A stretch of DNA of 64,000 bases. Origin: Methanotrichaceae archaeon (lineage in GTDB: Archaea; Halobacteriota; Methanosarcinia; Methanotrichales; Methanotrichaceae). How positions within the stretch are numbered: the first letter of the stretch is position 1; the number at the start of each line of letters is the position of its first letter. The notes below the pieces were generated by a model. That model had not been told where the DNA came from and did no database searches. It saw nothing but the letters and a program-made list of their open reading frames with translations. Shown here one piece after another: positions 10,988 through 22,553 of this stretch. Position numbers and translations under genes: made by a program. Location of the stretch: NCBI GenBank assembly GCA_963813075.1, contig CAWEXU010000010.1, positions 32,001 to 96,000 on the forward strand, in the 5' to 3' direction.

Positions 10988-11878
10988 TTCCGGACGAGTT
11001 TGGCGACAAAGAATCCTCCTGTATCATTGAGATGGGGATAGTAACGGGCAGTCTTCTCAAGCTCATGGTTCAAGTTATTGCCGGCCCATTCAGTTATTCC
11101 CGGACAGGCCACTAAACCCGGAATCGATATCCTCTCCAGACTGGCCAGGTCGAGAACGCTTTCTACTACCAGCTCGTTCTCCTCTGGAGCATAGGTGCAG
11201 GTGGAGTAGACCACTGTGCCTCCTGGTTTTGTCAGCCGGATGGCATTCCGGAGCAGGTCGGCCTGCAGCCTGTGCAGATCCATCGACCTCTTGCTGCTGC
11301 TTTTGCACAGGACTCCCGGACCCCTCCTCTCCCGGCCCTCGCTGGAGCAGGGGGCATCCACCAGCACCCGGTCAAACTGGACCGGCCGGGAGGGAAATCT
11401 CCGGCCATCATAACGGGTGATGGCGACGTTCATCACCCCCAGCCGTTCGCAGTTCGAGCGCAAGGGAGCGATCCTGGCCAGCGATGGCTCGTTGGCGATC
11501 ACTCTACCGAGGTTATTCATCATCTGAGCGATCTGGCAGGTCTTGCTGCCGGGGGAGGCGCACATGTCCAGTACCAGCTCTCCTGGCTGGGGATCTGCCA
11601 CCAGGGGCGGGACCATGGACAGCTCCTCCTGGATGTGGATGTAGCCTAAGAGGTTCTCGGCCAGCTTTCCCGGGCTTTCCAGGTTCAGCTTCAGGCCCAG
11701 GGGATACCAGGAAAAGCTCTGATAATTGATCCCATTCTCAGCAAATCGTTCCAAGAGGGCGCTTCTTTTAGTCTTTCAGGGTGTTTATCCGGCAGGAGCT
11801 GGGAAGCGCCTGGCTCTGCACCGCCCGGAAACCATCGAAGTCCGGTATCAAATCCCTGTATCTCTCCAGCCATTCCAT
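10948..11878 (-). CDS. RsmB/NOL1/NOP2/Sun family RNA m5C methyltransferase; frameshift near 11770
   Basis: QEELSM, LDMCASPGSKT, DAPCSSEG, YSTCT and PH..DTGGFF motifs. Confidence 0.9.
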
Positions 11879-11997
11879 ATTTTTGCAAGAATGCATTATA
11901 GCAGAAATAGATTGGCCCAATTGAGCAAAAGAATTTAATAGTCGGGTGTCGAGGCCAAGACCAGCGCAAAACTATTTTCTGGTTTTCGCGAAGGACA

Positions 11998-12228
11998 GTG
12001 ATGCAATTGGCAGATTATGATACAGATAGGTCCTCTATGAGCACTCCAGCTCCTGTAGAGGCTGGGGGAGAGTACGATGTCAATATTGAGGACATTGCAC
12101 GCGAGGGCGATGGCATTGCCAGAGTCGAGGGATTTGTGATCTTCGTGGCTGATACCAGTGTCGGCGACGCTGTCAAAATCCAGATCGACAAGGTGATGAG
12201 GCGCTTTGCCATAGGCCACAAGATTTAG
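11998..12228 (+). CDS. Single TRAM domain RNA-binding protein
   Basis: PVEAG.EYDV.IEDIAREGDGIARVEGFVIFV. Confidence 0.92.
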   Translation: MMQLADYDTDRSSMSTPAPVEAGGEYDVNIEDIAREGDGIARVEGFVIFVADTSVGDAVKIQIDKVMRRFAIGHKI

Positions 12229-12362
12229 GCGATAAATAACAAAGTATGATGGCAGGATTTTTTCCTGCCAAAGCAAACTCAATTTTGCCCGGTTGAGGTT
12301 CATCATGTACGAGCCCCTGATAAACCGGAGAGAGCTTAAATACAATCCAGGTTAATTGATCC

Positions 12363-13247
12363 ATGATACCGATGGACCCGACTTTAGCTCAGACGGGCAC
12401 GGATGCTTTCAGCAGCCTGCTCAGTAACGCCTGGATCATAATATTCGTACTGCTTTTTCTGGTGCCGATGCTCCAGAGAAACTATCTTCAGGCGGAAAGA
12501 AAGCGTGTCTTAGCCCGGCTGGGCAAAGCCAGAGGCACCCAGGTTATAACCCTGATCCACCGCCAGGAGACGATCAGCTTTCTTGGCATTCCTCTCGCCC
12601 GGTACATCGATATCGAGGACAGCGAGAAGGTCTTAAGGGCCATTCGCCGGGCGCAGAAGGATGTCCCCATAGACATCATCCTCCATACCCCGGGAGGCCT
12701 GGCCCTGGCTGCCACCCAGATCGCCATGGCTCTGAAGTCCCATCCCGCCAAAAAGACGGTGATTGTGCCCCATTATGCCATGAGCGGCGGGACGCTGATC
12801 GCCTTTGCCGCCGACAAGATAGTCATGGACCCCCATGCCGCCCTCGGTCCGGTCGATCCTCAATTGGGCGATGCCCAGGGAGCTTACCCCGCCACATCCC
12901 TCCTGGCGGTGGCCGAGAAGAAGAAGATCGATGAGATGGATGATAAGACTCTGGTCTATGTGGAGGAGGCGAGAAAGGCTCTGGCCCAGATTAGAGAACT
13001 ATTGGGGAAGATCCTGGAGGGCAAATGCGATGATGCCGCCAGGCTGGAGACTATCATAGAGGAGTTCGTATCCGGAAAATACACTCACGACCATCCCTTC
13101 ATGGCGGAGGATGCAAGAGCCTTGCTGGGCGACTGCGTGCAGACAGATGTGCCGGAGGAGGTCTATTCCTTGATGGAGCTTTACCGCATGGAAATGGGCA
13201 GGAGCCGGCCGGGTGTGGAGTACGTGCCGCTGGTGAGAGAGCGGTAG
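12363..13247 (+). CDS. SDH-family Clp-fold serine protease (DUF114)
   Basis: N-terminal TM; IHRQE, LHTPGG, YAMSGGT, LGPVDPQ and THD.P motifs. Confidence 0.9.
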   Translation: MIPMDPTLAQTGTDAFSSLLSNAWIIIFVLLFLVPMLQRNYLQAERKRVLARLGKARGTQVITLIHRQETISFLGIPLARYIDIEDSEKVLRAIRRAQKDVPIDIILHTPGGLALAATQIAMALKSHPAKKTVIVPHYAMSGGTLIAFAADKIVMDPHAALGPVDPQLGDAQGAYPATSLLAVAEKKKIDEMDDKTLVYVEEARKALAQIRELLGKILEGKCDDAARLETIIEEFVSGKYTHDHPFMAEDARALLGDCVQTDVPEEVYSLMELYRMEMGRSRPGVEYVPLVRER

Positions 13248-13274
13248 TGAGAGAGCGGTAGTGAGAGAGCGGTA
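13233..13274. repeat. Perfect 14-nt tandem repeat x3 (GTGAGAGAGCGGTA) spanning a stop codon
   Basis: Directly visible. Confidence 0.95.
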
Positions 13275-13417
13275 AATTGTATAAGGCAAAGCATTGGGGA
13301 AGGAGCGAGATCAGGCCTCGCTCATTTGCCTATTCTTTCAATCATAAATTGAAATTTCTTTAGTCGATATGACTCACTTTAATCGTGGTTGTATGCTGGT
13401 TGCAGGAATCCCGCTTT

Positions 13418-13460
13418 CTCTGCGAGTCCTTTGTGAGCTTTGTGTTCTTTGTGGTTAAAT
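13418..13460 (-). repeat. Dispersed 43-nt AACCACAAAG-type repeat, copy 1
   Basis: Reverse complement ATTTAACCACAAAGAACACAAAGCTCACAAAGGACTCGCAGAG; near-identical to 61680-61722. Confidence 0.8.
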
Positions 13461-13551
13461 TAATGAACATGTTATAAAATGAGCGATGATGGGCGGGTAA
13501 AGGCCCATCCTTTTCGTAACAGTCTTTTCTGACTCCTAGCTTTTCAGGATT

Positions 13552-13956
13552 TCAAGCTATCTGCTTTCCTGCGGCCGGTCCCCACATGGCGTTGTAGATC
13601 TCAGTGACCTTGACCATGACGCAGGCCTTGGCCGGGAGCTTGTTGTTGACCCCGTGCACCCAGGTCTTCATGGCCTCGTAGTCCACACCTTCCTTGCAAA
13701 CGGTAGCATCGCCCTTGATCTGGAAGGACTTCTTGGTCTCGCCATTGTAGCACAGGATGGAGATCTTGGGGTTCTCTCCCAGGTTTTGGGCGGTCTTGTA
13801 GAAGAAGTTGTCCGCAATCATCAGCGTCTCATCATCCACGACCTTGAGCAGTCCAACAAACACCACATTCGGGACACCCGATTTGCTGGCAGTGGCAATG
13901 GGGACGGGCTTTTGCTTCTCCAGGGTCTCTTTCACTTCGGCTGGCATTTTCACCAT
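13552..13956 (-). CDS. Pyridoxamine 5'-phosphate oxidase-like FMN-binding split-barrel protein
   Basis: IATASKSGVPNV, ADNFFYKTAQNL.ENP, FQIKG. Confidence 0.88.
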   Translation of the reverse strand: MVKMPAEVKETLEKQKPVPIATASKSGVPNVVFVGLLKVVDDETLMIADNFFYKTAQNLGENPKISILCYNGETKKSFQIKGDATVCKEGVDYEAMKTWVHGVNNKLPAKACVMVKVTEIYNAMWGPAAGKQIA

Positions 13957-14049
13957 ATAATTCACCTTAGCGCTAATAGAAGTCCGCATTCAATAAATAC
14001 CTGAGCGTCAAATATTCTATCTTATTTAATTTTTTAAACCAATTCGGTA

Positions 14050-15439
14050 TTATTGCCGCCTATCCCGGCAGGCAGTGAGGAAGTTGGCCGGGAAGCCTCG
14101 AAAGGATGCGCTGTGAATATGCGAATAGCTGGCCACCAGGTTTCCTATGTGGATTCCATCCCGGCCGTCCGCAATTCCCGTGCCCCGATCCAGCCGGATG
14201 GCATAATCCACCTTCGCCTCCTGGTCCATCACCATCTCTGAATGGTGGAACTCGTGGCCCATGATATACTCTCCCGCTTTTCCCAGAGGGGAGTCCTTCG
14301 CCAGGTGGCCGTGCACATAGCTGACTATGCGTCTCGTACCCCGTCGGGCCTTGCCCGGAACCAGTCCCGCCATCTCCTGCGGCCCTCCGTCCCAGTCGAT
14401 CTCCTGTCCCAGGTACATCAGCCCTCCGCACTCTCCAAAAATGGGGATATCCCTCTCATGCGCCCTCTGGATCGAGCTGATGAAGCTGTGGTTTTCGGAT
14501 AGCTCGCGAGAATAAATCTCCGGATACCCGCCGCCTATGTAGATCCCGTCCACCTTCGGCAGAGAGGCGTCATGCACCGGGCTGAAGGGGACGATCCTCG
14601 CTCCCGCCAGCTCCATCATCTCCAGATTGTCTTTGTAGTAGAAGTTGAAGGCCTCGTCCTGGGCGACGCCTATGGATAAATCCCTTCCTGAATCGTTTTT
14701 CAGATAGAGGTCCGGCTCGATCTCGGGCAACGGCTCCGCCTCGCGGGCGATCTCGGCAATTCTATCCAGGTCCAGGCCCTCCTCCACTATCTGCCGGATC
14801 CGGTCCACTCTCTCCTGAAAGCCCTCATGGCGGGTCTTGCCCTCCAGCACCGGCACCAGGCCCAGATGGCGCATGGCAAGGTGCATATCCTCATTGCGCC
14901 GGATAGTGCCCACCACCTCCACCTTGGCGTAGCGTTCGATCTCCTTTATCGCCTTTTCCGCATGCCTGGCCGAGCCCACCTTGTTTAATATCACTCCCCG
15001 GAACTGAACGGCAGGATCGTAGTCCATGTACCCCTTGACCAGAGCCGCACAGCTGCGGGTGATGCTGCGCGCGTCCACCACGAAGATGACCGGCACTCGG
15101 AGCATCTTGGCGATCTGGGCGGTCGAGCCCAGGTCCCCGTCGTATCCCTCGTAAAGGCCCCGTACCCCCTCGATCACCGCCGATGTCTGCTCCCTGGGCG
15201 GCATGGGCATAGATCTCGCGGACAGCAGCCTCTTTCATCAGATAGCCATCCAGGTTGCGGCAGCTCCTGCCGGTGATCCAGGTATGATAGCTGGGATCGA
15301 TGTAGTCCATGGCCACCTTGAAAGGCTGAACCTCCTGGCTGCGACGTCGCAAGGCGGAGAGAAGGCCGGCTACTATGGTCGTCTTGCCGCTGGAGCTTCT
15401 GTCCCCTGCCAGGAGGATGCGGGGACAGTCTGCCTTCAT
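14050..15439 (-). CDS. cfbB: Ni-sirohydrochlorin a,c-diamide synthase (CbiA/CobB family), frameshift near 15180
   Basis: [43 protein letters not shown]; adjacent to cfbC. Confidence 0.85.
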
Positions 15440-15444
15440 CCTTT

Positions 15445-16261
15445 TCACTCCTCCGAGCCCAGATCGCGAGAGAGCTCCATCAGCCTCTCATCGCTCAGGG
15501 GCTCGGGGACCCGGGGCTCAGCGCCGGACATGACCTCTCTGGCCAGGGCCCGGTAGACATCTGCGATCTTCGAGTCGGGCGCGCCCTCGATAACAGTCAC
15601 TGTCCTCCTCTCACACTGCTGAACTATTGGCTCCTTGGGAATGAAGGCTACCATCCGGCTGTTCAGCTCCTGGGCGAACTGGTTGACTATTTCGCGTTCC
15701 CTCTCCCCCGCTGACTCCCGAGAGTTGCAGATCACTCCGGCAAGTGGGGTGTTCAGTCGCCTGAGGCCTTTGCTGATATTGTTCGCCGCGTAAAGGGGCA
15801 TGTACTCGCCCGAGGTTATGATGTAGGCCTGGCTGACCAGCCCTTTCCGGATGGGGGCGGAGAATCCCCCGCAGACGATGTCCCCTGGCACATCATAGAG
15901 CACCAGGTCCACCTCCTCCATCGCCTTTGATACCTTGCGCAGAAAATCAATGGCAACGATTATCCCCCTTCCCGCGCATCCCACGCCCGGCTCTGGGCCT
16001 CCCACTTCAATGCATCTGACCCCCCGGTATCCCTGATGGACCACATCCTCCTCTTTGATCTCTCCGCCCTTGGAGGATGAGGTCCATCATAGTGGGAATT
16101 CTCTTTCCCACGAGAGTGATGCTTGAGTCGCTCTTCGGATCGCAGCCCACCACTAAAACCCTGTGGCCTTCCTCGGCACAGGCGGCGGCGATGTTCGAGG
16201 CAGTGCACGACTTGCCGATCCCGCCTTTGCCGTATATCGCAACGTGTTTAATAGATGACAT
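15445..16261 (-). CDS. cfbC: Ni-sirohydrochlorin a,c-diamide reductive cyclase ATPase subunit (NifH-like), frameshift near 16060
   Basis: [37 protein letters not shown]; no nifDK nearby; linked to cfbB. Confidence 0.88.
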
Positions 16262-16426
16262 CTAACTCCGCTATGCTCGTGGTTAGCCATAGGATATACA
16301 GCTTATCCAGGCATAGCTATTATCCGGGCACAGCCCTATCGAGCATAGCCAATTAGGGCATGTCTTATCCATCATGGATCTACAAAGAGGTGACTTAAGA
16401 TAAGCAAAATCCGCTTTGCGATCGCA

Positions 16427-19321
16427 TTGGCCATCATGGTCATGCATCTAGGGCTCCTTTCTGGAGCAATTGCACAGGACGCAGCTGAGGCTGCCAGCGT
16501 TCGAGGTCATCTCGCGGATGGCGAAGCTGTCTGGAGGGCAGATGACTTCGGCTGGTTCTACTACGATCTGGACGATGACACGGGTGGGGAAGAGCTCAGG
16601 GTAAAGGATCTGGAGGGAAGAACGGCAAAGAAGAGCAGTATAGTCTACTCCTCTCGCACCTGGTCAAAGCAGTTTGAGTATGCACCCTGGGGAAGCTATG
16701 AGGTGGTGGCCCTCATGGGAAAGCCCTATCTGGCCAGCTATCCGGAGAGCTCTTTTACCGAAGAGGTCAGCTCTCTGGCCAAAGGAGAGCTGCGGGAGAT
16801 CCTGAGAGATGAGGATAAAGAGTACACACTGACCTCCAATGACACCCTCCCCCTCGATCAGGGATACTCTCTGGTCGCAGCCGGGGCCTCAGAGAAGAAT
16901 GGGGTGGTGAACTTCATCCTCCTGAAAGATGGAAAGGCCATCTATGGATCTGTGGTGAGCATCGGCGACACCTTTGTCTATAAGGTAAACGACGTCCCGG
17001 TGATTCTCGTTCACCTGTCCAACTCCATGGGCAGCAATGAGGGGGGATTCGCCTCGGTGGACGGGATCTTCCAGATCAGCGACAGCCCGATCGCCAGGCT
17101 AGTCGAGGGTGGAATCCTGGGCAATATGAAGCTGGATGAGCTATCTGAGGAAGGGATCGAGTTCAGAAATGCCATCGACCTGAATCTCAAGAGAGACAAT
17201 CAGCTCTACCTTACCCCAAATCTTGCTGCTATTCGTCCTGGATCAGCCGGATCTGGTTTACTATCCTCTGGGCATAATCACCGACTACGGGATCCACGAG
17301 ATAAGAGGTCCGACATTCAGTGAGAGCACCAGAATCCCGGTGAAGATGGGACAGTGAAATGATTCAACGCCATAGCCAAATGGAATGCTACGAACTACAG
17401 CGGATTTTACTTTGATCCGGAGGATATGCTGGGAGATGAGACCCTGGTTCTGTATTCTCGTCCAGAGCAGAGGAAGGTATCTCCTCCGTCCAATCCACAG
17501 TACTTCAGGAAAAAATACCGTATTCCAGAAAGGTTTCCAATATACAACATTCTTGCAGCCTAAGGAATTTGAGTTCAAGCCCTGGGAGAACTATTACGTA
17601 ATAAATTTCATGGGCATGCAATGGTTTGCCGGATACGATAGCAGCACAACTGGCACAAAAGCAAAAAAGAGCCTGCTGGAGCATGAGTATCTGGGCAGAG
17701 TGCTCTGGGACGCAGAGCTGCAGGGAAAAACATTTGCCGGAAACTATACTCTCCAGGAAGGATACGAGATTCGCATTCATGATGTGGGCAATGACAGCAT
17801 ATTTCTGGAGCTATCAAGGGACGGAACGTCCATAGAGAGCTCTGTGGTCAAGCCCAACTCCACATATGTCTATGAGAAGGATCTGGGCGATGTCGATGAC
17901 CTGCCAATTATAATGGTGCATGTCGATAATGTTTTCACCAACGGCACAGAGGGTTTTGCCACCATCGATGCCATCTTCCAAATATCCGATCAGAATCTAA
18001 TTCAGATTGAGAGAGGGGATGGAATTGGCGAGATGCAAATTGTGGGCCTCTTTCCCGATGCGATAATGATGGTCAACGATGAAAACATCAATCTCAACCG
18101 AGACTCCAGGGTCTACATAGCCCCGATGATGAGCATCCGGGTGGCGGACAATGATACCCTGCGATACTATCTCTATACAGAGCAGAATGTCGTTCCGGCT
18201 CCAAGTGCTCCAATAACAAATATTCCCGATAATATAACCTCAGGGACACCAGCGAACTTCTCCATATTTGAGCAGGCAGCGGAGATCAAACAGGTCACTG
18301 TGGATATAGTTGACTCCTCCAACCGGACGGTCTTCTCCAGAGACATCACCGAGCTTGGCCGGGGGTCGGGCGAGTTCTGGATGTTTAACTGGATCTGGAA
18401 TGCTACAATCCTTCAGCTCAGCGATGATAGGAGCCGGATAATGGATGTTGGGGAAAATCTGGTGCCGGCATTGCTGCGGCTGAATCAGTCCTCACCGGAA
18501 GAGCAGGTGGGTGTATACTTCAACTCCTCGGGGAGGATCGGCAGGATACTGAACAGCAATTCGATCTACTATGTATCCCGAAGCGAGTACGAGAAGCTGA
18601 AGGTCACCTCTGATTATGATACAATGCTCGCCAATGAGACCCTCAGGAAGCAGTACATAAAAATTGAGCCAGAAAAGAGCGTTTTGCGCTTTCAGGATAT
18701 CGTAAACGGCAGACTAGACCCCAGCTGGCCAGAATCATACCCTGCATGGGACGATTGAATCTTTAGAACCTCATGCAAGAGAGGTAGGAGCCCCACCAGG
18801 CCGGTATGAGCTGAGGGCGAGGGTAGAGAATGCTAGTCGATGCCATCCAGGTAACGGGTGAGTATTTCAATGTCACTGCAGCCCCCATGCGCGGCATATA
18901 TCTGGGCTCGGCTCAGGCTCTTGCCGGAGAAGAGGTCTCCATTCCGATCGAGGTGCCATCATCAGAAATGGAAAGAAGGGTCAATTTAACATATAATACC
19001 TCTCTCGCAGATGCACTGAGCATTTCCGGGAATTGCAGCTCCTCCTGGCAGTTGGAGGAGGATGAGGGATGGATAAGCATTCTCTTTCCCGCCAACTGCA
19101 GCCAGGCAAGCTTGAGCTTTGATGCAAAAGAGGAAAACGCTACCATAGATCTCAATGTGACTGGATGGAGTGGATTTGAGCCGGAAGATATCACCAACGG
19201 CACAATTACCGTCCTCGCAGGAGAGAGTGCGGCAGATAAAACGAAGAAGAGCAATGGTCCTGGCTATGCCGCATCTCTTCTCGCTCTTGCCATAGCTCTT
19301 TATCTGAGGCGCAAGGGCTAA
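16427..19321 (+). CDS. S-layer duplication domain (DUF1608-like) surface protein with C-terminal anchor; several frameshifts
   Basis: Two S-layer repeats (FGWFYYDLDD..G.E / YSGFYFDPED..GDE; DGIFQIS / DAIFQIS; RVADNDTLRYY); C-terminus GPGY-hydrophobic-RRKG resembles a PGF-CTERM signal. Confidence 0.8.
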
Positions 19322-19397
19322 AGTGAGGCGCAAGGGGCTGGGACCGGCCCAGGCCTCACTGGCTTTATTCTCTTTTCTTTTTCTTTGAATTTCATCT

Positions 19398-19925
19398 TTA
19401 TTTTCCGGAATCTTTCAAGGCTCTCCTGATTGCCCTGCCCAGAGCGATGCTCATCGCCTCGATCTTGCTCATGTCATCTCCGTCCTCTGCCCTGATGACC
19501 AGGGTGAACCCTCCGTTATAGGCCAGGGCGCGCAGTAAGTGGCCGAAGTTCTCGAGAGTCATACCTCCCAAGCTCTCGCTCTTGAAGCTGAACTCTCCCC
19601 GGTATCCGGGCTCGCCGAACCGCAAGGCGGCCATGGCCAGGGCTCTCCTCGATGGCACAGTTGAGCTTCCAATGCCGCTTTTTATCGCCTGGGCAATCGT
19701 TTTTCCCAGGGTGATTCCCGTATCCTCAATGGTGTGGTGGTCCCCTGTCTTTAAATCCCCAACAGCTTTGATCTTCAGATCGAAAAGGGCCGCTCTTCCC
19801 AGATTGGTCAGGATTATGTCCAAAAGCTCAATTCCCGTGTCTACATCGGTCCTGCCTGTGCCTTCCGTCTCAAGGACCACATCGATGCATGTTTCTTTTG
19901 TCTCTCTCCTGCTCGATTGCAGCAT
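19398..19925 (-). CDS. Divergent imidazoleglycerol-phosphate dehydratase (HisB)-like protein
   Basis: RETKET and DHHTIEDTG retained; other catalytic motifs degenerate. Confidence 0.75.
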   Translation of the reverse strand: MLQSSRRETKETCIDVVLETEGTGRTDVDTGIELLDIILTNLGRAALFDLKIKAVGDLKTGDHHTIEDTGITLGKTIAQAIKSGIGSSTVPSRRALAMAALRFGEPGYRGEFSFKSESLGGMTLENFGHLLRALAYNGGFTLVIRAEDGDDMSKIEAMSIALGRAIRRALKDSGK

Positions 19926-20206
19926 GATATGCCACTACCTTCTGGAAACTATTAAGCTCATCGATCCGGGAATGATGCTCTTGTCAGCTTAAGCAAAAAG
20001 AGTCCATCTCATGATAACTCTTGAATCCCTTCTCTGTCCTTTTCTCTGTCCTTTTCTCGGTGCTCTTCTCTGGTATCCATTCCATCCTGGTCATCATTCC
20101 GTCCTGTTAATCCAATCCATCTGCGCGCCTCAATCTCTCCGAAGGGCTTATCTACCTTTGAGCGAACCCTAATATTTCAAAGGTCATAATTCAAAGGGAT
20201 ATCACC

Positions 20207-21277
20207 ATGATTTCTAAAGAGGAGATTTCGGAGATTTTGAAGGGGTACGATAAGAAAAATATCACTATAGCCACCATCTGCTCGCACAGCAGCCTGCAAA
20301 TCTTTCATGGCGCTCGTAAGGAGGGATTCAAGACACTTGGCCTTTGCATCGGCCAGCCGCCCCGATTCTATGATGCCTTCCCCTTAGCCAGGCCAGATAA
20401 ATTCGTCTGCGTCGAGAGCTATAAGGCTCTCCTGGATTATGCCGATGATCTGACCGCAGAGAATGTCATCGTAATTCCCCATGGATCGCTGGTCGAGTAT
20501 CTGGGGATTGACCGGTTCGAGTCCCTGGCAGTGCCCACCTTCGGCAACCGTCGCGTTCTGGCCTGGGAGAGCGATAGAGAGATGGAGAGGGAATGGATGC
20601 TCAAGGCCGGGGTCAATGTCCCCATGCGGTTTGAAAAAGCGGAGGATATCGACCGCCCGGTCATCGTCAAGTATCATGGCGCCAAAGGGGGGCGGGGCTT
20701 TTTCATCGCCAAGACCAAAGAAGAGCTTCAGAGCAAGATGAGCAGCCAGGAAAAGTACACCATCCAGGAGTTCATCCTGGGCACCAGATACTACATCCAT
20801 TTCTTCTACTCACCCATAAAGCCGGACGGATACCGACTGAGCAAGGGGTCGCTGGAGATGCTGGGCATAGACCGGCGGGTGGAGTCGAATGCCGACGAAA
20901 TATTCCGCATCGGCAGCATGAAGGAGCTGGCTGAGGCGGGCATCTATCCCAGCTTTGTGGTCACCGGCAACCTCCCCCTGGTCCTGCGCGAGTCCCTCCT
21001 GCCCCGGGCCTTCGAGCTGGGGGAGAGGGTGGTGGAGACCAGCCTCGACCTCTTCGGAGGGATGATCGGCGCCTTCAGCTTGGAGACCATAGTTACTGAC
21101 GAGCTGGAGTTCAAGGTCTTTGAGATATCGGCCAGAATCGTCGCCGGAACCAACCTCTATACCAGCGGCTCGCCTTACTCCGACTTCGTCGAGCCGGGAT
21201 TGTCCAACGGCAGGCGCATTGCTCAGGAGATCAAGCGGGCAAATGAGCTTGATCTGCTGGACGAGATTGTCACCTGA
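20207..21277 (+). CDS. purP: Formate--AICAR ligase (ATP-grasp)
   Basis: ICSHSSLQI, PHGS, GAKGGRG, FEISARIVAGTN, GRRIAQEI. Confidence 0.93.
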   Translation: MISKEEISEILKGYDKKNITIATICSHSSLQIFHGARKEGFKTLGLCIGQPPRFYDAFPLARPDKFVCVESYKALLDYADDLTAENVIVIPHGSLVEYLGIDRFESLAVPTFGNRRVLAWESDREMEREWMLKAGVNVPMRFEKAEDIDRPVIVKYHGAKGGRGFFIAKTKEELQSKMSSQEKYTIQEFILGTRYYIHFFYSPIKPDGYRLSKGSLEMLGIDRRVESNADEIFRIGSMKELAEAGIYPSFVVTGNLPLVLRESLLPRAFELGERVVETSLDLFGGMIGAFSLETIVTDELEFKVFEISARIVAGTNLYTSGSPYSDFVEPGLSNGRRIAQEIKRANELDLLDEIVT

Positions 21278-21332
21278 TTGGCATTGGCTGGCCCAGAAGA
21301 CTTATCTCTGCCGGGCTTTACATTGAGCCACT

Positions 21333-22523
21333 ATGTCAGGCCTGATAGAAACCTTCCGCGAATCCACGAATCTGCAATGCAGCTTCCTGGAGAAGCTGCT
21401 GGATCTGGATATGCCAAGCGTCGCCGCATTCTCCGAGTCCATGGTGGACTTTCTCCAGCCCACCCCGGAGAACAAATTCGTCTATGGCCTTGCAGCGGGA
21501 CGGTCCGCTCTTGCCCTCTACAGCTTCATGCAGCTCATCCAGAACCATTTCGAGAACGTTTTTCCTTTTACTCTGGAGGACCCGGTTCAGAGGCACTACC
21601 GCAAAGGGATGAACCTGGGCATTGCCATATCAGGCTCTGGAGAGACACAGTCCGTCAATAAATATATAAGCGACTTCATTACTCGCGGCGGGGATTTAAA
21701 GCTCATTACCGCCAATGAAGAGAGTACTGCCTACAAGATGGTAAGCGAGTATGAGAAGGGCTCCGTTCTGGTGATCAAGGCCCGGACGAAGCATGCCACA
21801 GACAAGGATATGCGCTCCAGGCTCTCCCCTCTGGGCACGGAGTTCGAGCTGGAGGTCCTGGCCTTTTTGAATGCCCTCTTCGCGGACATTCAGTGCCGGC
21901 TCAGGGGAGTCTGCGATCCTACCTGCCCGGAGTATCGATCCATAATCATGGACCTGATGGAGAACGCCCGCCTCATCTCCGGCATGGATCCCGAGCACCT
22001 GGAAAACTGGCTGGTCAGGCTCCTTCCCCGCAGCGGACGATACATCATCGGCGGAGTGGGCAGATCCGGTCTGGTGGCCAGGGCTTTTGAGATGAGGTTC
22101 ACCCATCTGAACAAGATCAGCTATTGGGAGAGGGATTTCAATACCCCGAGCTTTCAGATAGGCGATGTCTACATACCAATAACCGGGACAGGCAACACCT
22201 ATGAGACCCTGGAGGGGACGACGATGGCCTTGAAGAAGGGGGCGGATGTGATGCCCATAACCGCCAATCCCTCGTCCCGGCAGGTCTCCATTCTGAGAAA
22301 ATGCGGGAGGACCAGGGATATTGCTGTGGTGCCGGTGAAAGAGGAGTACCAGAGTCTCTTCAGCGGCGATTCATCCTCTACCACCTGGCTGATGTCCGAC
22401 TACACCAAGTTCAGGTATCCCATCTTCGAGATCAACGCCTCCATATTCACCAACAGCGCGGTAGCAGTGGGCGCGGAGTTCCTGGGTATAGCAGAAGCAG
22501 GGATGAGGCGGATGCACGTATGA
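21333..22523 (+). CDS. Tandem SIS-domain protein (6-phospho-3-hexuloisomerase-like duplication)
   Basis: Two PHI-like halves: AAGRSAL/ISGSGET/PLGTEFE and GVGRSGLVARAFEMRFTHL/ITGTGNT/PIFE. Confidence 0.7.
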   Translation: MSGLIETFRESTNLQCSFLEKLLDLDMPSVAAFSESMVDFLQPTPENKFVYGLAAGRSALALYSFMQLIQNHFENVFPFTLEDPVQRHYRKGMNLGIAISGSGETQSVNKYISDFITRGGDLKLITANEESTAYKMVSEYEKGSVLVIKARTKHATDKDMRSRLSPLGTEFELEVLAFLNALFADIQCRLRGVCDPTCPEYRSIIMDLMENARLISGMDPEHLENWLVRLLPRSGRYIIGGVGRSGLVARAFEMRFTHLNKISYWERDFNTPSFQIGDVYIPITGTGNTYETLEGTTMALKKGADVMPITANPSSRQVSILRKCGRTRDIAVVPVKEEYQSLFSGDSSSTTWLMSDYTKFRYPIFEINASIFTNSAVAVGAEFLGIAEAGMRRMHV

Positions 22524-22553
22524 GGCGGATGCACGTATGAGGCGGATGCACTT
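22503..22553. repeat. 17-nt tandem repeat x3 (ATGAGGCGGATGCACGT) between two genes
   Basis: Directly visible; one mismatch in copy 3. Confidence 0.95.

Noticed and set aside
15445..16261. nifH / nitrogen fixation
   Set aside because: No nifDK; adjacency to the CbiA-like gene and the [11 protein letters not shown] motif fit CfbC.
4512..19321. Programmed frameshifting or phase variation as the cause of split genes
   Set aside because: No common slippery site or long homopolymer is evident, and too many unrelated genes are affected; sequencing indels are simpler.
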